DNA of 64,000 nt. It comes from Longimicrobiales bacterium. GTDB taxonomy: Bacteria; Gemmatimonadota; Gemmatimonadetes; Longimicrobiales; Gaopeijiaceae. The stretch's first letter is position 1, and each line of letters begins with the position of its first letter. Positions 31,475 through 41,499 of the stretch are shown here, in pieces. The DNA is taken from contig JAWLHJ010000002.1 in the NCBI GenBank assembly GCA_041690395.1, forward strand, positions 500,751 through 564,750, read 5' to 3'. The position numbers and the translations under genes were made by a program. The notes under the pieces are model-generated. The model was not told the DNA's origin. It worked only from the letters and a program-made list of their open reading frames with translations, and did not search any database.

Positions 31475-31879
31475 TCAGAAGAGGAGGACGTCGTCGTCCT
31501 CGACCTCGTCGTCGTCCCGGACGAGGGTGAGGATCGCGGCCTGGGGCACGACCAGATACCGCTCGCCCTCGAAGGTGATCTCCACGGCCGCTCGCCGGAA
31601 GAAGATCGCGTAGTCCCCGATCCGAGCCTGGAGCGGCACGTAGCGGGCCTGACCCGTCTCCCCACCGATCTTCCAGGGCTCGTCGCTGAGCTCGGTCGGC
31701 GCCGAGACGGCGTTGCCGGGGCCGGTCGCCACGACCTTCCCGCCCTGCACCGCCTGATTGTCCATGGCGGTCTGGGGCAGGTAGAGACCGACCTTCGTCC
31801 GGTCTTCCCCTTCCTCGGGTTGGATCAGGACGCGGTCACCGACGACGATCAGACGCTTGCTGGGTTTGGACATGGACAT
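31475..31879 (-). CDS. groES: GroES/Cpn10-family co-chaperone (no adjacent groEL)
   Basis: VVGDRVLIQP, RTKVGLYLP, GKVVATGPG, ERYLVVPQAAIL. Confidence 0.85.
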   Translation of the reverse strand: MSMSKPSKRLIVVGDRVLIQPEEGEDRTKVGLYLPQTAMDNQAVQGGKVVATGPGNAVSAPTELSDEPWKIGGETGQARYVPLQARIGDYAIFFRRAAVEITFEGERYLVVPQAAILTLVRDDDEVEDDDVLLF

Positions 31880-32014
31880 AATGTCATGAATCGCGTCCGG
31901 AATCCCAACACCCGCGCCCGCGCTCGTGTCCTCGTGGTAAAGGGGGGTCCGCCGCCGTCGCCGACCGCCACCCGTTCATTCGCCGAAAGCCGTCACGACA
32001 GGAGCTCGCCCGGA

Positions 32015-33514
32015 ATGCCCCGCCCCCTCCCGCCGTCATTCCCGATGGTCGCCACGCTCGCATGCGCGATCCTGCCCTGGCCGATGAGCCCCGCCACCGT
32101 GCACGCCCAGGACCCCAAGACGGTCGTGGCCGACTTCATCGACACCCACTCCGCGCGCTACGGTGCGCTCGCCCAGGAGATCTGGGATCTCGCGGAGGTG
32201 GGCTATCAGGAGACGGAGAGCGCCGGCCGGCTCGCCGCTACCCTCGCCGAGGCGGGCTTCGAGGTCGACATGGGAGTCGGTGGGATGCCGACGGCCTTCG
32301 TGGCGCGCTGGCGGCAGGGCGACGGCCCGGTGATCGGCATCCTCGCCGAATACGACGCGCTCCCGGGCATCACGCAGGACCGCTCGCCCGAGCGGGCACC
32401 CCTCGACCACCAGGCGGCCGGGCATGCGTGCGGGCACCACCTGTTCGGCGCGGGCTCGGTCGCGGCGGCCGCGGCGACGAAGGCGTGGATGGAGCGCTCC
32501 GGCCAGCCCGGCGAGCTCCGGGTCTACGGAACGCCGGCCGAGGAGGGCGGCGCCGGCAAGGTCTACATGGTCCGCGACGGCCTCTTCTCCGATGTCGACA
32601 TCGTGCTCCACTGGCACGCCGGCGACCGCAACGAAGCGGGCGCCTACAGCACGCTCGCCAACAAGTCGGCGACGTTCCGGTTCAGCGGCGTCTCGGCGCA
32701 CGCGGCGGCCTCGCCGGAGCGGGGCCGCTCCGCGCTCGACGGGGTCGAGGCGATGAACCACATGGTCAACCTCATGCGCGAGCACGTCGAGCAGGAGACG
32801 CGCATCCATTATGTGATCACGAACGGCGGCGCCGCGCCCAACGTCGTCCCGGACCTGGCCGAGGCGTACTACTACGTCCGGCATCCCGACCCGGCCGAAG
32901 TCGCCTCGGTCTTCGATCGGATCGTCCAGGCGGCCGAAGGCGCCGCGCTCGGCACCGAGACCAGCGTCGAGGTCGAAGTCCTCCACGGCATCTACAACCT
33001 GCTGCCCAACGTCGCGCTCCAGGAGGCGATGCACGCCAACCTCGAACGCGTGGGCGGCGTCCGGTACGACGAGCGGGAGCGGGCCTTCGCCGAGATCCTC
33101 CGCCGATCGCTCCCCGTCGACGCACCACCGGTCGAGGCCGCGGCGGCCGTCGAGCCGTTCTCGATCATGGACGGCGCCGGCTCCTGGTCGACGGACGTCG
33201 CCGACGTCAGCTGGGTCGTGCCGACCGCCGGCCTCAGCGCGGCGACCTGGGTACCGGGCACCGCGACGCACTCGTGGCAGGCGGTCGCGGCCGGCGGGAC
33301 GTCGATCGGCGACAAGGGGATGGTCGTCGCCGCCAAGACGCTCGCGATGACGGCGGTCGACCTCCTGACGAGCCCGGAGCTGATCCAGAGGGCGAACGCC
33401 GAGTATCGGGAGCGAATCCCCCGGGGGTGGACGTACGAGCCGCTCCTCGGCGACCGCGACCCACCGCTCGACTACCGGGTCGGGACCGACGCCGCGAGCG
33501 GGTCGGAGCGCTGA
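32015..33514 (+). CDS. M20-family amidohydrolase (AbgB-like), with signal peptide
   Basis: LAEYDALPG, GHACGHHLFG, GTPAEEGG, GRSALDGVE, STDVADVSW. Start uncertain. Confidence 0.88.
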   Translation: MPRPLPPSFPMVATLACAILPWPMSPATVHAQDPKTVVADFIDTHSARYGALAQEIWDLAEVGYQETESAGRLAATLAEAGFEVDMGVGGMPTAFVARWRQGDGPVIGILAEYDALPGITQDRSPERAPLDHQAAGHACGHHLFGAGSVAAAAATKAWMERSGQPGELRVYGTPAEEGGAGKVYMVRDGLFSDVDIVLHWHAGDRNEAGAYSTLANKSATFRFSGVSAHAAASPERGRSALDGVEAMNHMVNLMREHVEQETRIHYVITNGGAAPNVVPDLAEAYYYVRHPDPAEVASVFDRIVQAAEGAALGTETSVEVEVLHGIYNLLPNVALQEAMHANLERVGGVRYDERERAFAEILRRSLPVDAPPVEAAAAVEPFSIMDGAGSWSTDVADVSWVVPTAGLSAATWVPGTATHSWQAVAAGGTSIGDKGMVVAAKTLAMTAVDLLTSPELIQRANAEYRERIPRGWTYEPLLGDRDPPLDYRVGTDAASGSER

Positions 33515-33630
33515 CAGCCGGCCCAGCGGACGGCGGGCCAGCCCGGTAGCGCAGGCCCCGCCCGCGGCCGAAACCGGCCCCGGAGCCGGTCCGTAGGGAG
33601 GTCCAACGAAAACCTCCGACGGATCGGTCC

Positions 33631-36111
33631 ATGGACGCGCTCGCAACGAATCTCCGCTACACGCTCCGGAAGCTGACCCGCGCTCCGCTGTTCAGCGCGG
33701 TCGCCATCCTCACGCTGGCCGTCGGCATCGGCAGCACGGCGGCGATCTTCAGCGTCGTCCACGGCGTGCTCTTGCGGCCTCTGCCGTTCGAAGACCCCGA
33801 GCGGCTGGTCGGTATCTGGCACACCGCCCCGGGGCTCGGCTTCGACGAGGTGAACCAGTCGCCCGCGCTCCACTTCTACTACGCCGACAACGGGCGCAGC
33901 TTCGCTTCGATCGGCATGTGGGACAACGGCAGCGCGACCGTGACCGGGCTTTCGGAGCCCGAGATGGTTCCGACCATGAACGTCACGCACCAGACGCTTC
34001 CGATGCTCGGCGTCACCCCCATCCTGGGGCGAACGTTCACGGAGCTCGAGGACACACCGGACGGGCCGCAAGCGGTCATCCTCTCCCATGGCTACTGGGA
34101 GCGCCGGTTCGGAGCGGATCCCGGCGCACTCGGACGAACCCTCATCGTCAACGGCGTCACGCGCGAGGTCGTCGGTGTGCTCCCCGAGCGCTTCTCGTTC
34201 ATGAGCGACGACGCGGAGCTGTACCTCCCCTTCCGCTTCGACCGATCGAACGTCTTCGTCGGCAACTTCAGCTACCAGGGGATCGCCCGGTTGGCCGACG
34301 GTACCACCCTCGAGCAGGCGAACCAGGACATCGCCCGGATGGCTCCGCTCGCCACCGAGGCGTATCCGGGCGGCATCACCCGCACGATCCTCGAACAGGC
34401 GCAGTTCGGGCCGTCCGTGCGCCCGCTGAAGGAAGACGTGGTGGGCGACGTGGGCAGCGTCCTCTGGGTGCTGCTCGGCACGGTCGCGATCGTGCTCCTC
34501 ATCGCGTGCGCCAACGTGGCGAACCTCTTCCTCGTGCGCACCGAGGGCCGGCATCGCGAGATGGCCGTGCGAGCCGCCATGGGCGCGGGGCGTCGAGGCA
34601 TCGCGGGCCAGCTCGTGCTGGAGAGCCTCGTGCTCGGGATATCCGGCGGCGTGCTCGGGCTGGCCCTCGCGTTCGGCGGGCTGAAGCTGCTCGTGGCGCT
34701 GGGACCCGCGACGCTGCCCCGATTGGCCGAGATCGGCATCGATCCGGTCGTGCTCGCCTTCACGCTCGCGACGTCCGTGGCGGCGGGACTGCTCTTCGGA
34801 GCCTTCCCGGCGCTTCGCGTCAGAGCGACGGACCTGGCGGGAAGCCTCAAGGAGGGCGGCCGCGGCGGCAGTGCCGGCCGGGAGCGGCACCGCGCCCGCA
34901 ACACGCTGGTCGTGGCGCAGATCGCGCTGGCCCTCGTGCTGCTGGCCGGATCGGGGCTCATGATCCGCAGCTTCCAGGCGCTCCGGGCGGTGGATCCCGG
35001 ATTCACCGCTCCCGAGGAGGTGCTCACCTTCCGCGTGGCGATCCCCACGGCCGAGATCGAGCCGCCCCTCGAGGTCGCCCAGGCCCACCAGCGTATCCTC
35101 CGGGCGCTCGAGGCCCTTCCCGGGGTCGCCGCCGCCTCCATGAGCACGTCCGTGGTCATGGACGGCTCCGACAGCAACGACGCGCTCGAGGCCGAGGCCA
35201 ACCCTGTGCCGCCCGGCCAGATCCCGCCCATCCGTCGGTACAAGTTCCTCGCGCCCGGCTACTTCCAGACCCTCGGCAATCACATGGTGGCGGGCCGGGA
35301 CTTCACCTGGGCCGACATCGAGGACCGGAACCCCGTGGTCGTCCTGAGCGAGTCGCTCGCCCGGGCCGAGTTCGGAAGCGCCGACGCGGCTCTCGGCCAG
35401 CGGGTCCGGCAGTCGTTCGGCGAGGGCGCGGACTTCCAGTGGTACGAGGTCGTCGGTGTCGCCGCCGACGAACGGGACGACGGCATGGCCCAGGACCCCG
35501 TGCCGACCGTGTTCTGGCCCCAGGTGACCGAGGACTTCTACGGGACCGAAGGCGTCTACGCCCAGCGCTCGATGGCCTTCGCGGTCCGCGTGCGGAGCGG
35601 AGACCCGATGGCGCTACTGCCGGCCGCCCGCGAGGCAGTCTGGACGGTGAACCCGAACCTGCCGCTCGCGCGCGTCTCCACCCTCGAGGAGCTCGCGAGC
35701 CGGAGCATGGCACGTACCTCGTTCACGCTCGTCATGCTGGCGATCGCCGCCGGCGTGGCGCTGTTCCTCGGCATCGTGGGCATCTACGGCGTCATCTCGT
35801 ACATCGTGTCGCAGCGCACCCGGGAGATCGGCGTCCGCATGGCGCTCGGCGCGGAGCGGATCGACGTCAGCCGCATGGTCCTGAAGCAGGCCCTTCTGCT
35901 CGCACTGGGCGGCGTGGGCATCGGACTCGCCGCGGCGGCCGGGTCGACGCGCCTGATGTCGTCGCTCCTCTACGGCGTCAGCCCGATGGATCCCCTGACA
36001 TTCGGTGGCGTGGCGCTCGCGCTGTGCGCAGTGGCGCTGCTCGCGAGCTGGATACCCGCCCGTCGCGCCGCGAGCGTCGACCCGCTGGAGGCGCTGCGGG
36101 CCGAGGGCTGA
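33631..36111 (+). CDS. Duplicated MacB/FtsX-type ABC permease (ADOP-like orphan permease)
   Basis: LTLAVGIG...IFSVV, LLIACANVANL, LVVAQIALA, QRTREIGVRMALGA, VDPLEALRAE. Confidence 0.9.
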   Translation: MDALATNLRYTLRKLTRAPLFSAVAILTLAVGIGSTAAIFSVVHGVLLRPLPFEDPERLVGIWHTAPGLGFDEVNQSPALHFYYADNGRSFASIGMWDNGSATVTGLSEPEMVPTMNVTHQTLPMLGVTPILGRTFTELEDTPDGPQAVILSHGYWERRFGADPGALGRTLIVNGVTREVVGVLPERFSFMSDDAELYLPFRFDRSNVFVGNFSYQGIARLADGTTLEQANQDIARMAPLATEAYPGGITRTILEQAQFGPSVRPLKEDVVGDVGSVLWVLLGTVAIVLLIACANVANLFLVRTEGRHREMAVRAAMGAGRRGIAGQLVLESLVLGISGGVLGLALAFGGLKLLVALGPATLPRLAEIGIDPVVLAFTLATSVAAGLLFGAFPALRVRATDLAGSLKEGGRGGSAGRERHRARNTLVVAQIALALVLLAGSGLMIRSFQALRAVDPGFTAPEEVLTFRVAIPTAEIEPPLEVAQAHQRILRALEALPGVAAASMSTSVVMDGSDSNDALEAEANPVPPGQIPPIRRYKFLAPGYFQTLGNHMVAGRDFTWADIEDRNPVVVLSESLARAEFGSADAALGQRVRQSFGEGADFQWYEVVGVAADERDDGMAQDPVPTVFWPQVTEDFYGTEGVYAQRSMAFAVRVRSGDPMALLPAAREAVWTVNPNLPLARVSTLEELASRSMARTSFTLVMLAIAAGVALFLGIVGIYGVISYIVSQRTREIGVRMALGAERIDVSRMVLKQALLLALGGVGIGLAAAAGSTRLMSSLLYGVSPMDPLTFGGVALALCAVALLASWIPARRAASVDPLEALRAEG

Positions 36112-36189
36112 CCGCGACGTCGTCGCTGGACCCCCGGCGCCCGCTCCCTCAGATTCGGGACTCCCCCCGGATCTGGAGGAAGCGCCCGC

Positions 36190-36753
36190 ATGATCGACAT
36201 CCTGACACGGCCCTGGCCGTGGTACGTCGCCGGCCCGCTCATCGGACTCGTCGTCCCGTTCGTCTACTGGTTCGGCGGCAAGAAGTGGGGCGTCTCCTCG
36301 TCGCTCCAGCACCTTTGCGCCGCCATGGCGCCCGCCGGCATCGAGTACTTCCGCTACGACTGGAAGCGCCGCGGAGCGTGGCACCTGGCCATGGCGAGCG
36401 GCATGGTCGTCGGGGGCTTCGTCGGATGGCGCGTCCTCTCCGAGCCGGGCCATACCGTCGACATCGCCAGCTCGACCGTGGCGACCCTCACGGACCTCGG
36501 CGTCCGTGACTTCTCGGGGATGCTTCCGTCGGATCTCTTCAGCCTGCAGGCGCTCGGGAGCTTCCCGGGCCTCGTGCTGATCGTCGGCGGAGGATTCCTG
36601 GTCGGCTTCGGGGCGCGCTACGCCAACGGTTGCACGAGCGGACACGCCATCTCCGGGCTCGCCAACCTGCAGCGCTCGTCGCTGGTGGCCGTCCTCGGCT
36701 TCTTCGCGGGCGGACTGTTCGCGGCCCACGTCCTGCTTCCCTGGATCTTCTGA
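36190..36753 (+). CDS. YeeE/YedE family sulfur-compound transporter, subunit 1
   Basis: PWPWYVAG, GFGARYANGCTSGH. Confidence 0.88.
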   Translation: MIDILTRPWPWYVAGPLIGLVVPFVYWFGGKKWGVSSSLQHLCAAMAPAGIEYFRYDWKRRGAWHLAMASGMVVGGFVGWRVLSEPGHTVDIASSTVATLTDLGVRDFSGMLPSDLFSLQALGSFPGLVLIVGGGFLVGFGARYANGCTSGHAISGLANLQRSSLVAVLGFFAGGLFAAHVLLPWIF

Positions 36754-36755
36754 CG

Positions 36756-37235
36756 ATGGCCACCTCGACCTCGACCCCGGACCGCCCGGCGGCGCACGAA
36801 GAGCCCGGGACGTCCGAGCCGCTCTTCGTCTACTTCCTGCTCGGCCTCTACCTCGGCGTGATCTTCATCAAGTCGGAGGTGGCGTCCTGGTTCAGGATCC
36901 AGGAGATGTTCCACTTCGACGCGCTCCACATGTACGGGGTGATCGGCGCGGCGGTGGGCGTAGGCGCCCTGTCCGTGTTCGTGATGAAGAGGCGACGCGC
37001 CCGCACGGTGCGCGGCGAGGAGATCGCCTTCCCGTCCGGGGCGGAGATCGTCCCCACGAAGCAGCACGTGTTCGGCGGACTGGCCTTCGGGCTCGGCTGG
37101 GGGCTGATCGGTGCCTGCCCCGGTCCGCTCTTCGCCCTCGTCGGGAGCGGGGTCCCCGTGATGCTCGTCGGCCTGGTCTCCGCGATGGCCGGCGCATGGG
37201 GCTACGGTCTGCTGAAGCCCTACCTTCCGCACTGA
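36756..37235 (+). CDS. YeeE/YedE family protein, subunit 2
   Basis: SWFRIQEMF, GGLAFGLGWGLIGACPGP; ATG 2 nt after the upstream stop. Confidence 0.88.
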   Translation: MATSTSTPDRPAAHEEPGTSEPLFVYFLLGLYLGVIFIKSEVASWFRIQEMFHFDALHMYGVIGAAVGVGALSVFVMKRRRARTVRGEEIAFPSGAEIVPTKQHVFGGLAFGLGWGLIGACPGPLFALVGSGVPVMLVGLVSAMAGAWGYGLLKPYLPH

Positions 37236-37274
37236 CGGCTCTTCCCGCGACGGCCCTCTTCTCCCGGCTCCACC

Positions 37275-38969
37275 ATGTCCGACGGCACGAAACTCCCCAC
37301 GCTCAACCGTCACAGCGCGACGGTCACCCAGGACCCTGCCCACGCGAGCGCCCAGGCCATGCTGTACGCGACCGGCCTGACCCGCTCCGACATGTCGAAG
37401 GCCCAGATCGGTATCGCCTCGATGTGGTGGCAGGGAAATCCGTGCAACATGCACCTCCTCGACCTGGCCGGTGCCGTGGCGGAGGGCGTCACGGAGGCGG
37501 GGCTCCTCCCCATGCGGTTCAACACGATCGGGGTGAGCGACGGCATCTCCATGGGCACGGACGGCATGAGCTACTCGCTCCCGTCACGCGACCTGATCGC
37601 CGATTCGATCGAGACCGTCATGCGCGCCCAGTGGTACGACGGCAACATCGGCATCCCCGGATGTGACAAGAACATGCCGGGCACGCTGATGGCGATGGCC
37701 CGGGTGGACCGGCCGGCCATCATGGTCTACGGAGGCACGATCCGCGCCGGGAAGCTCGACGGTGAGGCGCTCGACATCGTCAGCGCGTTCGAGAGCTACG
37801 GCGCGCTCCTGTCGGGCAGGATCGACGAGAGCCGCTTCGAGGCCGTGGTGGCGCACGCATGCCCTGGAGCCGGCGCCTGCGGCGGCATGTACACGGCGAA
37901 CACGATGGCGAGCGCGGCCGAGGCGATGGGCATGACCCTTCCCTACAGCGCCTCGACGCCGGCCACCGATCCCGCGAAGCAGGCGGAATGCCGGGCGGCG
38001 GGCGCGGCCCTCCGACGGCTGCTCGAGGAAGGCATCACGCCCCGGACCATCATGACGCGCGCCGCGTTCGAGAACGCGATGGTGCTGGTGACCGCCCTGG
38101 GCGGCTCCACCAACGCGGTGCTGCATCTCATCGCCATCGCCAGGGCTGCCGGCGTCGAGCTGGGGCTGGACGACTTCCAGGCCGTGAGCGCGCGGGTCCC
38201 CTACCTGGCGGACCTGAAGCCGAGCGGCCGGTGGGTCATGGAAGACCTTCACCGTGTGGGCGGAGTGCCCGCCGTGCTCAAGCTCCTCCTCGAGCACGGG
38301 CTCGTCGACGGCGGCTGCCTGACGGCCACCGGCCGCACGCTGGAGGAGAACCTCGCCGACCTGCCCGGCCTGGCGGCAGGACAGGAGATCGTCCGCCCCG
38401 TGGACGACCCCATCAAGCCGACGGGTCATCTCCGGATCCTGCGCGGGAGCCTCGCTCCCGAGGGAGCGGTGGCGAAGATCACTGGGAAGGAGGGGCTCCG
38501 TTTCTCCGGCCCCGCTCGTGTCTACGACCGGGAGGAGGCCGCGCTGTCGGGGCTTCAACGTGGCGAGGTCCGGCCGGGCGACGTGGTCGTCATCCGCTAC
38601 GAGGGGCCGCGCGGAGGGCCGGGGATGCCGGAGATGCTCACGATCACGTCGGCCATCGTGGGCGCGGGCCTCGGCGGCTCCGTCGCGCTGGTGACGGACG
38701 GACGGTTCTCCGGAGGCAGCCACGGCTTCGTCGTGGGGCACGTGACCCCGGAAGCCCAGTCGGGGGGCCCGATCGCACTGGTGCGGGACGGCGACACGCT
38801 CACCATCGACGCCGAGGCGGACCGCATCGAGTGGGCCGTGGACGAGCACGTGCGAGCCGAACGTCGCGCCGCGTGGTCCGAGCCGCCGCTGCCGGTGACG
38901 CACGGTGTGCTCAGGCGCTACGTCCGTACGGTCTCGTCGGCGTCCCTCGGCTGCGTGACGGACACGTGA
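37275..38969 (+). CDS. ilvD: Dihydroxy-acid dehydratase
   Basis: [52 protein letters not shown]. Confidence 0.96.
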   Translation: MSDGTKLPTLNRHSATVTQDPAHASAQAMLYATGLTRSDMSKAQIGIASMWWQGNPCNMHLLDLAGAVAEGVTEAGLLPMRFNTIGVSDGISMGTDGMSYSLPSRDLIADSIETVMRAQWYDGNIGIPGCDKNMPGTLMAMARVDRPAIMVYGGTIRAGKLDGEALDIVSAFESYGALLSGRIDESRFEAVVAHACPGAGACGGMYTANTMASAAEAMGMTLPYSASTPATDPAKQAECRAAGAALRRLLEEGITPRTIMTRAAFENAMVLVTALGGSTNAVLHLIAIARAAGVELGLDDFQAVSARVPYLADLKPSGRWVMEDLHRVGGVPAVLKLLLEHGLVDGGCLTATGRTLEENLADLPGLAAGQEIVRPVDDPIKPTGHLRILRGSLAPEGAVAKITGKEGLRFSGPARVYDREEAALSGLQRGEVRPGDVVVIRYEGPRGGPGMPEMLTITSAIVGAGLGGSVALVTDGRFSGGSHGFVVGHVTPEAQSGGPIALVRDGDTLTIDAEADRIEWAVDEHVRAERRAAWSEPPLPVTHGVLRRYVRTVSSASLGCVTDT

Positions 38970-39015
38970 GCCGCGTAGCCCGCCGGGGGGCGAGCCGGCC
39001 GCGGGTGATTCACCC

Positions 39016-39960
39016 GTGAGGGCAGCGGTGATCGGAGCCGGCGGGCTCGGGAGCTACGTGGCGGCGACTCTCGTCCAGGCCGGCCACGACGTCTCTCTCG
39101 TGGTGAGGGGAGAGCACGGAGAGGCCGTTCGCGACGGGGGCATCCGCGTCGACGCTCCCGACGGTTCGTTCGTGGCCCACCCCCGCTGCGTCGAACCGGG
39201 CGGGGACTTCGGCGCCGTCGACGTCGCGTTCGTGGCAGTGAAGTCCTACTCCCTCGGGGAAGTCTCCGAGAGGCTGGCGGGGCTCGCCGCCGACGGGGCG
39301 GTCGTCGTCCCGCTCCTCAACGGTGTCGACGTGTCGGCACGGCTGGTGGCGTCCGGCGTGACCCCCGAAGCCCTGGTCGACGGGGTGGCCTACCTCACGG
39401 CGTTCCGGAGCGGCCCGGGGCGAATCGAGCGTAAGGGCGAGCATCAGCGTCTGGTCATCGGATCGTCGACCGGTGCCGGACCAGGAGCCATCGAGCGGGT
39501 GCGGGCACTCTTCGAGGCGACCCCGGTCGAGATCGAGATCGCCGACGACATCGGGGTGGCGCTCTGGCAGAAGATGGCCGTCGTCTGCTCGCTGGCCATG
39601 ATCTGCGGGATGACCGGATCGGCCCTCGGCCCCATACGAGCGCATCCGTTCGGAGCGTCGCTCCAGAGGCGCTCCATCGCCGAGGTGCTCTCGGTCGGCC
39701 GGGCCACGGGGGTGCCACTTCCCGTCGACGCCGAGGCACGGGTGGGCGCAACGCTCGACGCGTTCCCGGACGACTTCTATCCGAGCGTGCTGCACGACCT
39801 CAGGAGCGGCCGGAAGACCGAGATGGACGACCTGGGGGGCGCTGTCGCCCGCATCGGACGTGAACACGGGGTCGAGGCCCCGCTCGCGGAGGCGGCCACC
39901 TGCGCGGTAGCGCTTCTGGAGGCCACGCCCGGCCGGAAAAAGAGCGGCCCCGGATGGTGA
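39016..39960 (+). CDS. panE: Ketopantoate reductase family protein
   Basis: VIGAGGLG, AVKSY, PLLNGV, LWQK, SVLHDLRSGRKTE. Confidence 0.85.
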   Translation: MRAAVIGAGGLGSYVAATLVQAGHDVSLVVRGEHGEAVRDGGIRVDAPDGSFVAHPRCVEPGGDFGAVDVAFVAVKSYSLGEVSERLAGLAADGAVVVPLLNGVDVSARLVASGVTPEALVDGVAYLTAFRSGPGRIERKGEHQRLVIGSSTGAGPGAIERVRALFEATPVEIEIADDIGVALWQKMAVVCSLAMICGMTGSALGPIRAHPFGASLQRRSIAEVLSVGRATGVPLPVDAEARVGATLDAFPDDFYPSVLHDLRSGRKTEMDDLGGAVARIGREHGVEAPLAEAATCAVALLEATPGRKKSGPGW

Positions 39961-40190
39961 CCCATCCGGGGCCGACGCGCGCCGAGACATCGCCTCGAAG
40001 CGCACGCCACGCTCCGCGCCTTCCACCAAACACAACCCCTCCTCCACGGCGCATCACGTATCCCTTCTCCCTGTACGACGAGAGGCGGGCCGAAAAGGTT
40101 GCAGCCCGACCGGCAACCCGAGCGGCCGTCGCGGTGTAGAGCCCGTCGACACCGACGTGTTACCGTTCAGCTTCTGAACCCATCCAGATC

Positions 40191-41420
40191 GTGGAGCTTC
40201 CGTTGGCCTCTCAGCAATCGCGCATCGTTCTGGGCCTCGTCCTCGCGGCGGCGGCCGGCCCGACCGTCAGCCCCCTGGCCGCCCAGGACGAGATCCCGAC
40301 CGGACTCGCCCGGCTCGAGATGGAGCGTTCCCGGCAGTGCGTGCCGGTGCTCGCACGGCTGGACGCCCTCGAGGGGCAGCTCGAGCCGCTGGCCGTACGC
40401 TCCCAGCGTCTGATCGCGCTGGCGAACGCCATCGCCCTCGAAGACCGGAGCGCCGCCGAGCCGTTCGACACGGCGAACGCGCTGGAAGCCGAGGTCGCCG
40501 CCTGGTTCGACCGCGACATGGAGCTCGCGACGGCGTACGTCGAGACCGAGGACGACGCGCTGGTCGCGGAGCGTGATCAGGCCAGACAGGCCATCAAGGA
40601 CGCGGTCGCGGGCGCGCTCGCCGACGTCCAGGCGGAAGCGGACTCCATCATCGCAGCGGCGGGAAGCCTGACGACCTCGGTCGGCGGGTGCGACGGCGCG
40701 ATCCTCGTGAGGCCCGCGGTGATCGAGGCCTGTGAGGGCGTGGAAAGCCCGGTGTGCGAGCCGGCGAGGAGCGGCGGGGCCGAGAGCCCGTACCGGTTCG
40801 TCGACGACCCGGCCGATCTCTGGCAGGTCGAGGAAGTTCGGCCCTGGACCAGCCCGTCCCCGCTCGGCGTGGCCCCCGACGGTCAGATCGGCGGCGCCCG
40901 CACCGTGGGATACGCGCGCAACGGGAACGTGACGCTGACGCTCGCGTTCTCTCCGCTGCTCGGAAGCAGGGACGACTTCACTCCCGAGCAGCTCGAGCGC
41001 TTCCAGGCGATCGTCGACTCGGCCGGTTTCGCGTTCGAGCACCCTTCCGTGGCGTTCGTGCCGGCCCTAGCGCTGCGAGCGTCGGTCCCGGAGCCGCTCG
41101 CCGGAGAGACGCTCTACGTCCTCCACTTCGACACCCCCGACAGCGCCGACCCCCTGTGGACGGGTGAGGCGGGCACGGGCACAGCCGTCGAGGCGACCAT
41201 CCCCGTGGCGCCGAGACATCTCGGAAGACTCGCGGCGGGTCATCCGCTCAGCTTCACGGCGGTCACCGAAGACGAGGCCGGCACAGGGGGCGGCGAGGCC
41301 GTCTACAGCGTCCAGTTCACACCGCTGAACCAGTCGCCCGCGACCTCGGCGCTCATGGGGTACATGTCCGAACAACTCTCGGCGGACGTCCAGCAACTCG
41401 TGCCGGTCGGAGGACGCTGA
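40191..41420 (+). CDS. Hypothetical secreted protein
   Basis: 409 aa with high-GC3 codons and a signal peptide ending LAA-Q. No family recognised. Confidence 0.7.
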   Translation: MELPLASQQSRIVLGLVLAAAAGPTVSPLAAQDEIPTGLARLEMERSRQCVPVLARLDALEGQLEPLAVRSQRLIALANAIALEDRSAAEPFDTANALEAEVAAWFDRDMELATAYVETEDDALVAERDQARQAIKDAVAGALADVQAEADSIIAAAGSLTTSVGGCDGAILVRPAVIEACEGVESPVCEPARSGGAESPYRFVDDPADLWQVEEVRPWTSPSPLGVAPDGQIGGARTVGYARNGNVTLTLAFSPLLGSRDDFTPEQLERFQAIVDSAGFAFEHPSVAFVPALALRASVPEPLAGETLYVLHFDTPDSADPLWTGEAGTGTAVEATIPVAPRHLGRLAAGHPLSFTAVTEDEAGTGGGEAVYSVQFTPLNQSPATSALMGYMSEQLSADVQQLVPVGGR

Positions 41421-41499
41421 CGGCCGGCGGGCCATCCCACCGGATCGGATCGCCTCCGGCGTTGCCCCCGGTGGCGAACCGACACCCGGACCTGCCCCG

